Translations under genes and position numbers: made by a program
In this document: positions 49,401 to 62,074 of the stretch, piece after piece
Layout: each line of letters starts with the position of its first letter
Position numbering within the stretch: position 1 is the stretch's first letter
The notes under the pieces: generated by a model
What the model saw: only the letters and a program-made list of their open reading frames with translations
What the model was told of the DNA's origin: nothing
Database searches by the model: none
Assembly (NCBI GenBank): GCA_036172245.1
Contig: JAYWIR010000004.1
Span: 2,604,001 to 2,668,000, forward strand
Origin: Raillietiella orientalis
Lineage: Eukaryota
Length of the DNA: 64,000 nucleotides
Reading direction: 5' to 3'

Positions 49401-52400
49401 GGAGTCCGAAGGAGATGGCAAGTGGCTTCGAACCGGATTTCCGCTGAGACTGTTTTTGGGAGCTCTCAGCAGCAGCTCTCCCTGATCTTAGCCCGTCCGA
49501 AAGGAAGCTGCTACCAACAACGCATGACGCTGGACTCAGACAGCTCCCGAGTCACGGATGGTGAGGGTGTGCCACTGTGACAATGTGGAATGACCCCGTA
49601 GAGGAGCGGTCTTCGGAGCTTTCTGGAGTGGGCACTTCGGTGAATCCTTTCATAGGGAATGGGAAGGATCCTCAGATGGTAGACGAAGAGAAAGAGGAGG
49701 TGCGTCTTGAGAAAGCACTGAGCTGCACGTCCTCTCAGAGCCCCTGGAAATCTCAATCCCCTCATTGGAAGTGGTGGCGCTGACGCACGGTGCCGAGGTC
49801 AAATAGGTTTGTGCGTCGATATCCCAACAGATGACAGCCATGTGCAGGTTCCGAAATGTCAAGGCCGATGTACTGATAGCGATCATCGCTTAGGCCATGC
49901 CCAGAGTACCGATTGTTTGGGTCTCTCGTTGAACAAGAAAATGTGGGCGCCAGACCACATCCTCCTGGCTAAGAGTCGGAGGCAGACCTTCGAACGTCCA
50001 AAGAATCAGAAGAACTGTTGAAAGGGGAACAAAGGTCAAGGCAGCGCTCCAGTTCTAAACTTGTTGAGCTCCTCTGCTTTGCTCAGTTGCTGGGGTTCCA
50101 TATGCAGAGTTTGGAGGATGGGAATGGGTTGACTCATTAGAAGAGTTGTCCTAAGTCATGTGTACTTGGGTCATTTGATTTTGGGTGGTTGTGTCGTGTG
50201 CAGTGCTTGGTCACCATAAGCTGCACCAGCGCCTGGTACGGAGAACTCTGGTGTTGTTCCACGGCATCCTTCCTTCGAGAACTCCCTTTCATCCCCTGCT
50301 TCCAAAACTCCTCCGGTCGAAGAATGTTGTTCCTCCTCCTTCCTCAAACCGCACGCATCCTGTGAGGGGGCTGGGACATGAGGACGGGAGCGAAAGGAGC
50401 GCTCTGATCAGCACTCAGACGGTTCCCTCTGCATGCCTGCAGGCCGAGACCGGACTTTCCTAGGATGACGAACTTCGAGCCGCAACCGCCGACGGTGACG
50501 CTTCGGCGGGAGTCGATGGAAAAGCTCCGGATGGCACTCGGAAGCTGGAAGAGGCCTTGCAAGCAACTCCCGAAGAATACAGGCCGGGAGAGGTTGCCTC
50601 CGGAGAGGCAGAACTGGTGAGCAGCAGTGGCGGGTATTGCATTCCAGCACAGGCAAAGGCGGCTCGCGTGGCATGCGGGAGGCTTCATGATGGGACGGGA
50701 GGAAGGCGGGTCTCCGGGGCAATCTCTTCGAGTTTCCACTCCTTCGTTGCACCCTGCGTGGTGATCTCCATAGCATCTCCGGAGCGTTGTGCTGGCAAAG
50801 AGATTTCTTTGTAGTCGCTTGTGCCGCGGACTTCCCGTCCGGAGTGGGCGCAATGAGGCGGTGCCCATCAAAGCATCTCCTTCGCTCTGATGCGGCGGTT
50901 GTCGAGACGGTCGCCAGAGCTGGACGACGCCTTTCTCTTCAGGAACGAAGAGTTCGTGCCTCAAGATGGTGCCCCCTGGCTTCCCGACTCCCACCATCCC
51001 ACCCCCCATTCGGAAACCAGCATCTGTAGGTCAAATTCCAGGATCGTTGCTCGGCGAGGGCTTGCGTCATCTCGCTGCTATCCTAGGGGTTCCACATCTT
51101 TCCAGCAGAGACAACGAGCAGCCTCTCGGGAAGAGACACGGAATTCCCTTTTCAGTCTTGGGAATTCATTCTCCCCTTCCAGCCTGCATGCTCGCTTCTG
51201 TCCTCCCGCAGACGGTACCGCTTCTCCCAGATCGGCAGTTCTTTGCCCTCCTTTCTGCCCGATGGAACTGCTCTTCCTCTCTCTCTCCGTTTCCACCTGG
51301 TAGCCACCGAGAAACGGGAGCCAAAGGAGAACAGGGGAGGACACGCCCCTGTAAACAACGGGAGTATTCCTGGATGGGTACCCCCCCCTCCCTTAGTAAA
51401 GGACTCAGAACCCAAGTGCGACTCCGGAAGAAAAAAGAGGAGTGGATCTTATCGAGCCTCCTGTGTAGTTTCTCCCCCAGGAAACCTGCGGCTGCTTTTT
51501 TCATCCCCTACAATTGCACGGAGATCATTTGCCCCCATCCTTGTCCCATCCCTTGAGAAAGATTGGTCGAAATCCTCGCTTCCGTTTCCTCTCGAGGTCG
51601 CCTTCGGTTCGGTGCTCTCAGGGATGCCGTCAAGTGTGGTTACCATACTGACCCGGAGATGAACGATGGAAGAGAACGGGTGCCCGACTTCTCCCGTCTA
51701 CACTTCCCTGCTCGAGACGCTTCTACAGGGAAGAGAAGCGGAAGCGGCTCCTTCCCTGAAGCAGCATCCGGACCGTAGTCTTCCCAGTAGTAGAGCTCTC
51801 AGGAGGACGGGGAGAAGAGGGGAGAATTAATGTGGAGGATGTTTGGAAGCGGCTGATGACTAGATGCCAGACCTCCCCTCTTCTCTTCTCTCTTTTCTTC
51901 CTCAAAAACTTTTCCTATACAGGAACATCATCCCGTCCCATCTCTATGACTGCACAAGCTGAGTGGGAAAGAGCATGGGACGATCCTTCCGCATGACCAC
52001 CGCGAGTGCGAGGAACGGCCTCTTCGTCATCATTCTCTTCCTCCCCCTTCCGGAGATGTATTTCCAGAAAAGGACACTTGTTGCTTCATCACTCAGGAAG
52101 ACTTCGTTCCCTTCGCACCGGCCGATCTTGTGATGACCCCAGTTTGAAAAGGAAAGGAAGATAACAGGATAGTTGCCTCCCGGGCGACTGGAGTTTCACC
52201 GCGAATGATTTACAGCTAATAAATAAATAATTTGCAATCTACTGTTTTATTTGACATTTATTTGAAGGTCTAAGTGTATGACTTGCACTAGTTTCAAATG
52301 ATTTGGTTTCAAATGCTATCAAGAGATGAAAATTAAAACTGCAAAATGCTTACAAGCAGGAGTGGCTCATTATTGTCACAAATTATTTTGGGGTCAAAAC

Positions 52401-53266
52401 CCCATGAACTTTCACAGTAATGCAATCATGTGGCCAAAATCAAAACTGCCACAATACTTTTATTAAATTTATATTCCCATATGAGTCTCTTAAATTTATT
52501 TAAGGTAGCTGAAAAACGAGCTTTGATTTGCAGATTCTCAATAAAACAGGAAAATCTTTACTGTGAACCGAAACCGGTGTAGAAATGATTCCAACTTTTG
52601 GAACGAAGCCGTGTGTGCTGGAAGTGAATGTGCCGTCCATGTGCCACTTGGAGTGGATGAGCTGCAGGGTGAATAGGTGGGACAAACGAGTTAGTGGAGC
52701 CTTGAAAAAATGCGTGTCACAAGGGTTCACGTGTTACAGACGTTAGAATAAAGTAATGAAATGCTTTGTACTGGGTTACGGCAGTGTATAGAAGCCATAT
52801 CTTGGTGTATAAAGTATTTTTTTCTTCATCCATTAATGAAATTGCTTGCCAGAATTGTTACCATTATAGTAAAGGATTATGCCTGTGCCTTTGTTTTTTG
52901 AAAAAGAAAACGCATGTTTCCAAAAATAGTTATAGAAATTAATAACCTATGGAGTTTCCGAACCCCATAAGCATTAATTTCTCTACTTATTTCATGGTTT
53001 ACTAATAAATTATAAATTTATACATGTACTATTTAATTAAGATGAATTGTAAATTTACTATTTTAGGGAATATTTTTCAAATATAATCTCATGTTTTGAG
53101 GATCTTTCGTGTGGAAGTGTCAAATAACCAATACACAAGCATTTACAAAAGTGCACACAAATTTAAGCACTCTCCAGCCACTTTTTCATTTTAAACTTCT
53201 AGTTGCAGATTACAATATTTTTAATGAATTAGATTGATACTTTATCACAGTTCTGCAAAAAAATTA

Positions 53267-56200
53267 ATGTTAAGCAAAATGCCTTCATCAGGTGAACATG
53301 ATGGACAACAGCCAGGTGTAATGCCAGAAAAAGAAGTGCATGAATTCTTAAATGCAGCATCAAGCTTAATAGTCAAACATTCAAATAAATGTGTGAAACC
53401 AAAATTTATACCATATGAACCCTATAAATGTGCTGTGAAATCAATCATTGCAACAAAGTGTATGGATAGTACAAAGTTGCCTTCATATAAATATGTGCCC
53501 ATTAATATTGTGCTGCCATTTTCTGAAAAAGAAAACTTCAATTCATGGCAGAATGAAAAATCTGCTCTTCTTTTAAAAATTGAAAATCTGGAAAAGCATG
53601 TTTCTTATTTGGAGTCACAATTAAATGCACAAGTAGAGGTGCCTTAAAACAAGTATTAACATAGGCAATGTAGTAATTTTTTCAGAATGACATGTTTATT
53701 GATTTACTTAAGGTTTGTCATTGCCAGTGCTAATGAAAAAAGAGTTGTCTGTTCTCATGTTAACAAACATTCTCGATTATTTTGGGACAATTGTAATATT
53801 AGGTTTGGAGTATTTAGTGGAAACATCCACTTTTTTGTTAAGGGTTGTGAAGAATGGAGATACATCAGAAAGGTTCATTTTCTTTACTGTCTTCATCTGA
53901 GTTTGATGAAATTGAGGGAGACAGTGTGGTACAGTTTCAGTGAGTGATACTCACCTACACATGCATATATATGTAACTTATTCATCTGAGGCATTTGCGA
54001 GGATGTGTGTGTACTTTATGTGCTGTTGAAAAATTTTTTGCATTGGTTTTCAAGTTTTCATTGCCATTAATGGCAAAAAATGCTGAAAATTCGCCGTTTT
54101 TAGTTTTCAACAGAGTGCATAAATAAATATTTTGAGCATTTAGAATAAATTGACGTTACATTAAAGCATCACTTTTGATCTGCGAAGACCCATAAAATTG
54201 TCTCCTTGAAAAATTCAAAAATAATCAATTTTAAGGTAACTTTCTAAACTAGTATTTTAAAGGATTTTTAAACAATAATTAAAAACTCTGAATTCTGATT
54301 ATTCCCATTTACTTGATACATTTTGTATGTAAAAGTTACAAAAAAATAAAATAATATAAGCAGATTACATCCAAAGCATCAAAATGACCAGTATTGTATT
54401 ATATTATTTTTGAAGTTTTATAAAGGTGATGAAGATAGATAATTTGGAAGGGATGTTTATGCAAATCTTTGAATGGAAGAACATAAATATTGTCATTTGA
54501 AATTGTGTCAAACCCAGATTATTATCTCAGTAATGGAGCTGTGTCAGTAAAGAATAAAAATTCTCAAAATGTTGTTACACTTACATTTATTGCAGAAAGG
54601 TGTGATAAATATCTAATCTGTTCTGACACCTCAGTTGACAACTGAGGTGTCAGAACAGATTTATCAGAGTAAAGGTAACTCTAAACAGGAAAGTTTTTAT
54701 CATTTGTAATGCTGCAGTTGCATTCACAGTGACTGTGTATACTAAACAACCCAGTCTATAAGGATAATGAGACATTTAAAAATCAGTTCTATAAACACCA
54801 GGAAAACTCAAGCAAATGCCTCCAAAGAAGCTTTAGGAGAAAATTGCATGATGAAGCATTTAAGAAGCCTTGTAAGCTTGAAAAATTGATTGAAACTTGT
54901 GAACATTGAAAAATCAAGAGCATAGAAGAATTTTGAAACTAGAGAAAAAAATCAATGCAATCTGAGACTTATTCAATGGAACACGTTTTCAGTACCAGTC
55001 CTCTAGCTCATTAAATGCTTAAAAAAATTGTGTAGAGGAAAAGACTATAATATTTAATGATAATGTATTAGAATTGTTTGTAAATCGTTTTTCTTTTTTT
55101 TTGGGGTCTTCACAAAACTGGTATTATCAATATTCCATTAAATGTAATAGTAAATTTTAATATAAGTAGGGGTAACATAATTGCCATTTAGTTTCGCAAT
55201 ACCATTATGCGTTATTAAAAGCATATGGGAAATTATTCACCACTGATAAAAGAATGACATTTAAAAGATTTTATACTTTGAAAGTTTCTTGAAAATTTAT
55301 TTGGACAGTTATACTTTTAGGTGAACAAGAGTCTGCGCTCTTTACTTCTAGCTGCAGTTTCCGAAGACCTCCAAACAAAGTTAGAAACACTAGTGAAAGA
55401 AAGACTTAATTTATCAGAGGAGGTGATAAGCAATGCTGCCCAGCTGGAAGCTTCTATTGAAAATCAAAAGGAACTCAAAATGGAAAATGAAATTTGGAAA
55501 AGAAAATATAAAGAAGCTAGGTATGCAAATTCAGACCAAAAATTTGCAGTGAATATCTGAGGCAATTAAAAATTCAAACTCTTATATTTCAGATCAGTGT
55601 TACGAGAGCTAACTAAATGGAAATTAAATACTCTGATGAATATACAGTGTTTGGTTAGTTATGTCGAGAAACTTTTGAGTCAGGAAAAAGAACTTGGGAT
55701 GAAGCTTTCAAACTCTTATAGGTAAAAGAATATATGTAATAATAGGATTATCACAGAAGTTTTTATGCAATTTCGAAAAAAAATTAGGAAGTTGTGTGTT
55801 TTGCAAGATTTCATGAAAAGATGCTTATAGAATCTAATAGTTTTAGATTGCATTCAATTTCAAAGGTACTAAGGTCTCTAGTCCTTAAATTAAATAGGTG
55901 AAATTTTGAGTACTTGACTATTTTTATTCTACGTAAATAATTAGATTATTGAAGTAGTTAAGAGAAAATACCCTTGATACTTTATTATAAACTAAACAAT
56001 TTGTGAACTGTTGACTTAACATAAAATACGTTGGGCTAATTATATTCCCATTCGGAAATGGTTAATTTAACTTATGTGCAGGTGGCTTTGTTTGGAATTT
56101 TCCCAGGTCTCACTGGCTGAAGAAACATGTACTGAGTAAATATGGAAGAATACACAAGTTTTCTTTCCTTTTCTCCATTGTTTCAAACTGTGTTAAGGTT

Positions 56201-57283
56201 TATGTAGAAATTGAAATGTAAATTTCTTGTTTCTGCGAATCCTGTTTCAAAAGAATTAGTACATTAAGTTTTTTAATTGCCTTGACCAGTGCATGCTAAT
56301 AAACAAAAGTTTTATTAATAAATTCCGATGCAGAATCGTTGGTTTTATCGTACCTAATAATAAATGATCGTGTGTGTATTTGTACTGGCAATTTTTGATT
56401 CATAATTCACAGTTTTCGTAAAAAAAGAATATTTCACTCTTTTTGAAAAACACATTTCTCATAAAAATTTGTGGTGACTTTATGCTTGTTTTTTAAAGTG
56501 GCATTTCATCTAAGATTGGAAACTAAGTAGAAGCCAACATGCAGCTTTCATTTAGCTGTGCAAAAAGCATAAATGTACATACATTGGAGAACATTTGAGT
56601 TTTTCGTTAGCTGTTGAAAGATACTGTACACCCAAATACATTGTTGGTTTACTTCTACACATTCCTGTGTTGCCTTTTGGTATTCGTGTTTGAGCTTGCC
56701 TTTCTAGATAATGGATTCAAATGACGTAGAAATGCAGGGTGGTTTTTTTTATTATAAGAAAATGTTCTACTACATTCCCCCCCCCCCAAGTAATGAAAAC
56801 AGTTGAGATGTAGTCAAGTATCCTAGTACTTTTGCTTATGTGTTCACTTATGTATTTTATTTATAGCTTATTGTGGAAACTTCATAAAATGGAAACCTTT
56901 AAACAGAACCAGTTCAACAGAAAGGAAATCAATTTCCATGATGACAAGGCACAGTGTCCATATTTAACGGAAATATGCACAAGAATAAATGATCTTGTAA
57001 CAGATTTATATGACAAATTAACAAAAAATCAGCAAATACCAATGGATGATTATGCAGTATCCATAAATGATGACAATTTAAGGAAATATATCAAGAAGGT
57101 ATTACTCAAATATCCATTTATTGTGTCCTTTGCAAAAAAAGAATCTTCCAGCTGCTGACTTTGGATTATTCCTTTACGTGCCTTGATGGATGCATTTGCA
57201 GTAGCTGTTCTTCAAAGCCATCCGATGATTACGTGTCCGCAACGTGCAGTCAATTAGCACACGGGCAGATTAAAACTGTTTGA
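53267..57283 (+). CDS. BLZF1: Golgin-45 (BLZF1) homolog, about 354 aa
   Basis: Exons 53267-53638, 55321-55520, 55593-55721, 56867-57098 and 57152-57283 give one frame. Motifs: PKFIPYEPYK.AV; the coiled coil QVEVNKSLRSLLLAAVSEDLQ...EIWKRKY (compare QTEVNRELKKLLVASVGDDLQ...DVWRSKF); C-terminus GQIKTV*. A possible in-frame upstream exon lies at 52585-52676, spliced to the acceptor at 53250. AATAAA at 57355. Confidence 0.85.
54615..54661. repeat. Perfect 23-bp inverted repeat with a 1-nt spacer in golgin-45 intron 1
   Basis: AATCTGTTCTGACACCTCAGTTG-A-CAACTGAGGTGTCAGAACAGATT. Confidence 0.95.
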
Positions 57284-59259
57284 AGTATATTTTTACAATT
57301 AAATGGAAGCTTCCTCATTGTCCAGTATAACTTTTGTAAAAACTGAGCTTTATAAATAAATTTGTATGATTCTATGGAAAACTTGGGGAAAGTGTGTGTT
57401 TGAATATTTCACCAGAGAATCTGCACTATTGCTCTGCTTCGTTCTTCCGTTCCAGTCAATAGTTTTATGTGTTTGAAAGCTTTAAACATCGGTGGCTCCT
57501 TGAACCGAAAAAACATCCTGAAAGATCAACTCTGATTAACGTTCTATTCTTTTGACATTTATAAGGTATTGCAGAGGGGAAATTGGAAGCAATCTCACTT
57601 GGAAAACCAAAGCATTTAAATCATGTAATGCATGCAAATTATTCAAAAGTCACGATTATCTTGTTTTCTTAACGTCATTTTAGAAACTTCAGTTTGTTTA
57701 TTTATTTATTTTAAAAAAAAAAATATCCACAATTTTTCAAGAACCCACTTGCTAGTCGAATGAACTGTTCCTATTCAGAGTCTCTCAGGATTCACTTCAG
57801 CAGTATTTAATGCAGCTGGAAAGGAACGGTACGTGGCTGGCGCTCTTGAAACTCGTACAGTAGTAGTCAAATTGATTTTGATAATATCTCCATTGTATTG
57901 GTAATAAACCAGATAACGTTTATTGGGATTTTACGAAAACTAAGAATCCAAGTAAACTTTGCATTCTATTGTAAGAGATTGCCGTGATCTCATAAGTGTA
58001 AAGATTAGTCGTAGCAGGGAACAAGCTTTGCAGTGCTGATGGAGTAAAGTGTAGGCATATTTTTCATCCAGTCTCTGATGTCTTTTAACAGTTTGCTAGA
58101 AAGGCATTCTTTCCCCAACTTGACGTGAATCTCTACAGAAGGAACACTTTGTCAGTGTTTTAAAATCCAGTTTCCTGCATGAGCTTTAGATCTGTGGATC
58201 CGTAAGTCTAAGGGCGTATTTCTCTGCCAGACTTCTCGCCTCACTTCAACACCGTGATCTAGGCGACTCCTGAGAAGAATTTTTATCAATATGTTGAGCC
58301 ATACAAGTCTAAGGATTCCAAAAGGCTCAGTGAGGGCCCTAGGCAATTTAGGAGCTCCTCTTTACTCTTCACAGATCGGCTGTGGTCCCCCAGAGCTTCC
58401 ACCGAATTTTAGAACACTGCCTTTCCACTCCAGCGTTTTCTTTTTTTTTTTTTGGCTTTTCCGGAAGCTTTCCAATGCAAACGAAAGCAGGAAGGCTAGG
58501 AAGGAAGGGGAAGGGGAAGAAGGGGCTAGTTTCCATGGTTTCCGTCTCTAGGAAAAGTTAGCTTCCACGAGGATCAAAGTATCCTAGATGTGCAATCCTA
58601 AAACTGTCCCAGGTATGCAGTCCATTAATCGCAGCGTTGGTATTCATGTGACCCAAGTCTCTGAAGAAGAAACGCACTTTATTCGAAAGGAAGGGGTCAT
58701 TTCGTCTCGATATGATCAGAAAAAAAGTTCATTTCTGTAGCATGGTACCAGTTCTACTGCAAAAAGCTGATAGAACCACAATTGTATCACATCCGTGGCA
58801 TCTCGATCACGCAGACAACCTCGGCAATACAGAAACGCAAGGCAAGACTGCAGCTCATTGGCAACGCTGCCGCCGACTCTATGCGTGCGCTAAAGATGCC
58901 TACGTGTAGGCAACATCTGAGCATTGCAGCTCCAACGCCTGGAACTCTGAGATGAGGAAGCACAGGCCAGCGGACTCGCGGACTCTTAAAGCGGACAACA
59001 TGAAAATGATGATGGTAAAAGAAATTTCGCCACCGAAACATCCATCTTGGAAACGCTATGGAGGAGTAAGAAAGCTGTGTGCATGCGTGCTTGCCGTTTG
59101 GTCAGCATTCTGCCGTCGCAGCCTTTGTTCACCTTTTTATGTCGAGGTCCAATTAGAAGTAGCAGCCGTTGCTGATCCTTTACTCGCAACTGACGCGATC
59201 TGTAGGAGATCGTCAGTTGTGTATCAGTTAGAGAAATAGAAACGGTGCACATCATTACT

Positions 59260-60660
59260 CGTTCTGTATCCTGGGCGTTAAAGAAGTCGAGATTTTCTTC
59301 AAAAGGGAAATAAGTTCTTTTTGGACTGTGTGTTCGTTGCCTTTCGCCTCGGGATGATCCGTACAAGGAAACTGTATAACCTCGAACTCGGTGGTGACTG
59401 AAAGCCGGCTTCGGGACGCAGAGTCAGGTGTCCCAACGTTAAATCGAACCAAACCGCAAGGGCAGTTCAGAAGACTGCTGTGGTCAAAGTATGGAACAAT
59501 AGTTTCTGTTTGTCCGTCTCATCGTCCGACGTGCTGTACCCTGCGAAAGACTGGCTTCGATACTAGTCGACTTCCGAAAAATGGACTATTTGATCTCCCC
59601 TCAAATCAAAGGACCACATTGCTGGAGAAACATGGTCGAATCTTGGGCAGTTGGACCCTCCGTGACCTCTGATAATTGTCTGCAGGAAGTGATTGGCAAC
59701 TGGACGAGGCTAATGGAAGCACTTCCGTATAAACTCCATACCTACAGGATGGTGTTCCAGGAAGAGATCATGCGGGATTGGATAGAGTAAATCCTAGTCG
59801 CGGTGCTGTCTGCTCCAGGAGCAAGAGACTACAGTTGCTCACCGGAAGGATGGGAGTTCTCTTTCAAGATCGCAGGAGTGAAGAAACTTCCGAAAGGACA
59901 GCTGGAGCGGTCGTACTGCATTTTTAGGCACAGAGACCTCCCAAATGCATCTGCAGAACTTGTGGTTCCATCCCTGTGTTTGGACACTTCCGTGTTCTCC
60001 CTTAAGTGGAAGCATCAGGTTATGCTCTCTTTGCCCAACGGCCTCCCGTGCAATCAGCGTCGACCCCCTCATGTCTGGAAAGAGTGCCTACCGAACAGCG
60101 CCAGGTGCGAGACGATCGAATCGTTCTCACACCTGATGATGGAATGCGATGCCTTCTGCTGCATCTGATGCATCTGATGACAGCACTCCTACATCCGGAG
60201 GACACCCCTGGAGACTTTCTGCACCGTATCACCGTAGGAGGTAGAATTTCCCCGAAAGCTGTAGTTGTAATCGACCGCTGCATCCTCAGCATTGTGACTC
60301 TACGAGCTGGAGCTTCCCCAGCAGCCAAGATGTGCCACTCTCATTGGAACTTGACCTATGCAGAATGCGGCAAAATGGCCCCAACTGAATTATTTAGCCG
60401 CGAAGGTCGTCTGCATCTCACTTGACTAGGAAAATTTGAGAATTATCCTGGGGTATCCCTTCTTCTTCTGCCTTCCTATTTTTTGTGTGTTTTGTTTGTT
60501 TAACGTCTCATTTTCGCTCCGCAATGAACTTCTCGCTTTTCCCGATTTCCGCATGTAGCTGATTTGTGAGTCGAAGTCGTCTCTTAGAGGAACATTTGTT
60601 TCCTAACAGGAACTCAGTTCCTACTAGGAAACATGAAGCAACTAGGGTGCACGAAAACAC
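59260..60660 (+). mobile_element. Decayed L1/Tx1-like ORF2 3' fragment with 3' tail
   Basis: LRDAESGVPTL...QFRRL is the post-RT motif. ORF 59803..60168 (SCSPEGWEFSFKIAG...LVVPSLCLDTSVFSLKWK...ARCETIESFSHLMMEC) aligns with ORF 4065..4802. A 3' hairpin lies at 60597-60633. The element may extend 5' to about 58.9 kb. Confidence 0.75.
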
Positions 60661-60664
60661 CCTG

Positions 60665-62074
60665 ATGTTTTCACCCGCTCACGCCGGGACGTTTATTTTA
60701 TAAAAAATAAACCAATTGGGAACGCAGTTCCCAATCGAAGACAAAAAGACGTTCAGGGGTGGAGGTCCACCGACACGCAGGTCGAGATATTCAAAAGTCC
60801 GCAACGGGGGAGAGGAAGAATCACAACAAAAAAACAAAAACAAATCCGGAGACTAGGGGCAGAAATCTTGGGCTTCGTTTCATATGCATCGGGATAAAAA
60901 CAAAAGCACCAAGAAAGTTACAGAGCAAAATGGGGGTGAGGAATATGAATAAAAAAAAAAAGAATAAAGCGAGGGAAGGGACAAGGGTCACCAGGTCCGC
61001 CGTTCCGTTTCAACCGCCTATCTATCGGCTGTGGATGCCGGTGATCTCTTCCTTGGCTCCCTCTTCCAGGTGAGGCCACCTCGCAGCCACCCTGATGTAG
61101 GTTACTGCCATCCCGGTGAACTCCTTTCGCTGCGTGGTGGTTTCCAGTACCAGTCAGGTCCCAACGATGGCACGGATACAACCCATGGTTACAGTAACTG
61201 CGCCCGTCGAGAGACCTCTCGGCGCGAAGAACAGCCTCAGAACGTCTCGGGCGATGTCCTCCTGGTGCAGAAGTACTGATACCAACCTCCGCCACAGTTT
61301 CTGGGGGGCGCCGTTGTCCAAAAGCAGGTGCAGCGGGATCGACTCCGCCTACCGGCATTGGCACAGTTCGGGGATGCAACCCCTGCGGAAACGAGGGTGC
61401 CACCGCTCATTGCACTGGAATCCCCAGTGAAGGGAGAGCAGCATGACCTGTCTCCAGGAGAGCGAGAACACTGAAGTGCCCAGACATTGGGAAAGGGCCA
61501 CAGGATCTTCGGGAGCTACACTCAAAAGTTCACCCCACCGAAGGAGTTCGTAGATACAGTACGCGGAGTGGCAGCATCTACCAAGTCGCGCGTCTTCCAG
61601 TCACCAAGGAGTTTCATTCTTCCCGAGATGGTGCAAGAAAACTCCCATCCCGCCGGTGACCTACTATCGTCAGTTGCCCTTAGGGAAGACAGCGCTGCGG
61701 GCAAGGGGTGTGGCGACCAGGTCAACCAGTTTGCCGAGTCATGCATCCCTTCTGGGAGGCATTCCTTCTGGGTTCCCTTCAGAGGAGTAAACAGGAGCAG
61801 ATCCCTTGCGGGGGATCCCTCCGGATAAGAAATTCCAGGAGAGGATCCTTACCGGGTTCCCTTCAGAGAAGAAAAAATGGAGCGGATCCTCCTGGGGTTC
61901 CTCCGGAGAAAATAAGGAAGGAGATTCCCTTCGAGATTCCCCTTCGGAGACACCAGGTTGGAGGTGATCTCTATTTCCGGGGATCTATCTCCCCAGGCGT
62001 GAGAGAAACGGAATCCGAATCCCTCCTGGATTCATAAGGCAGACCCCTCCCGGGGTACTCTCTATCTTGAAGAA
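60665..62074 (-). mobile_element. Composite non-autonomous LINE-derived element (head module + zf-RVT region + 3' tail), about 1.4 kb
   Basis: 62074-61750 is homologous to 7145-7500. 61740-60665 is homologous to 4075-5035: shared C-terminal EI.GIH.R*, hairpin, and AATAAACG.CCCGGCG...CGGGTGA tail. Confidence 0.78.

Noticed and set aside
35900..52000. Many long overlapping ORFs (up to 429 aa) on both strands
   Set aside because: They are low-complexity Arg/Pro/Gly/Ser translations with no domain, as expected from stop-codon scarcity in GC-rich DNA.
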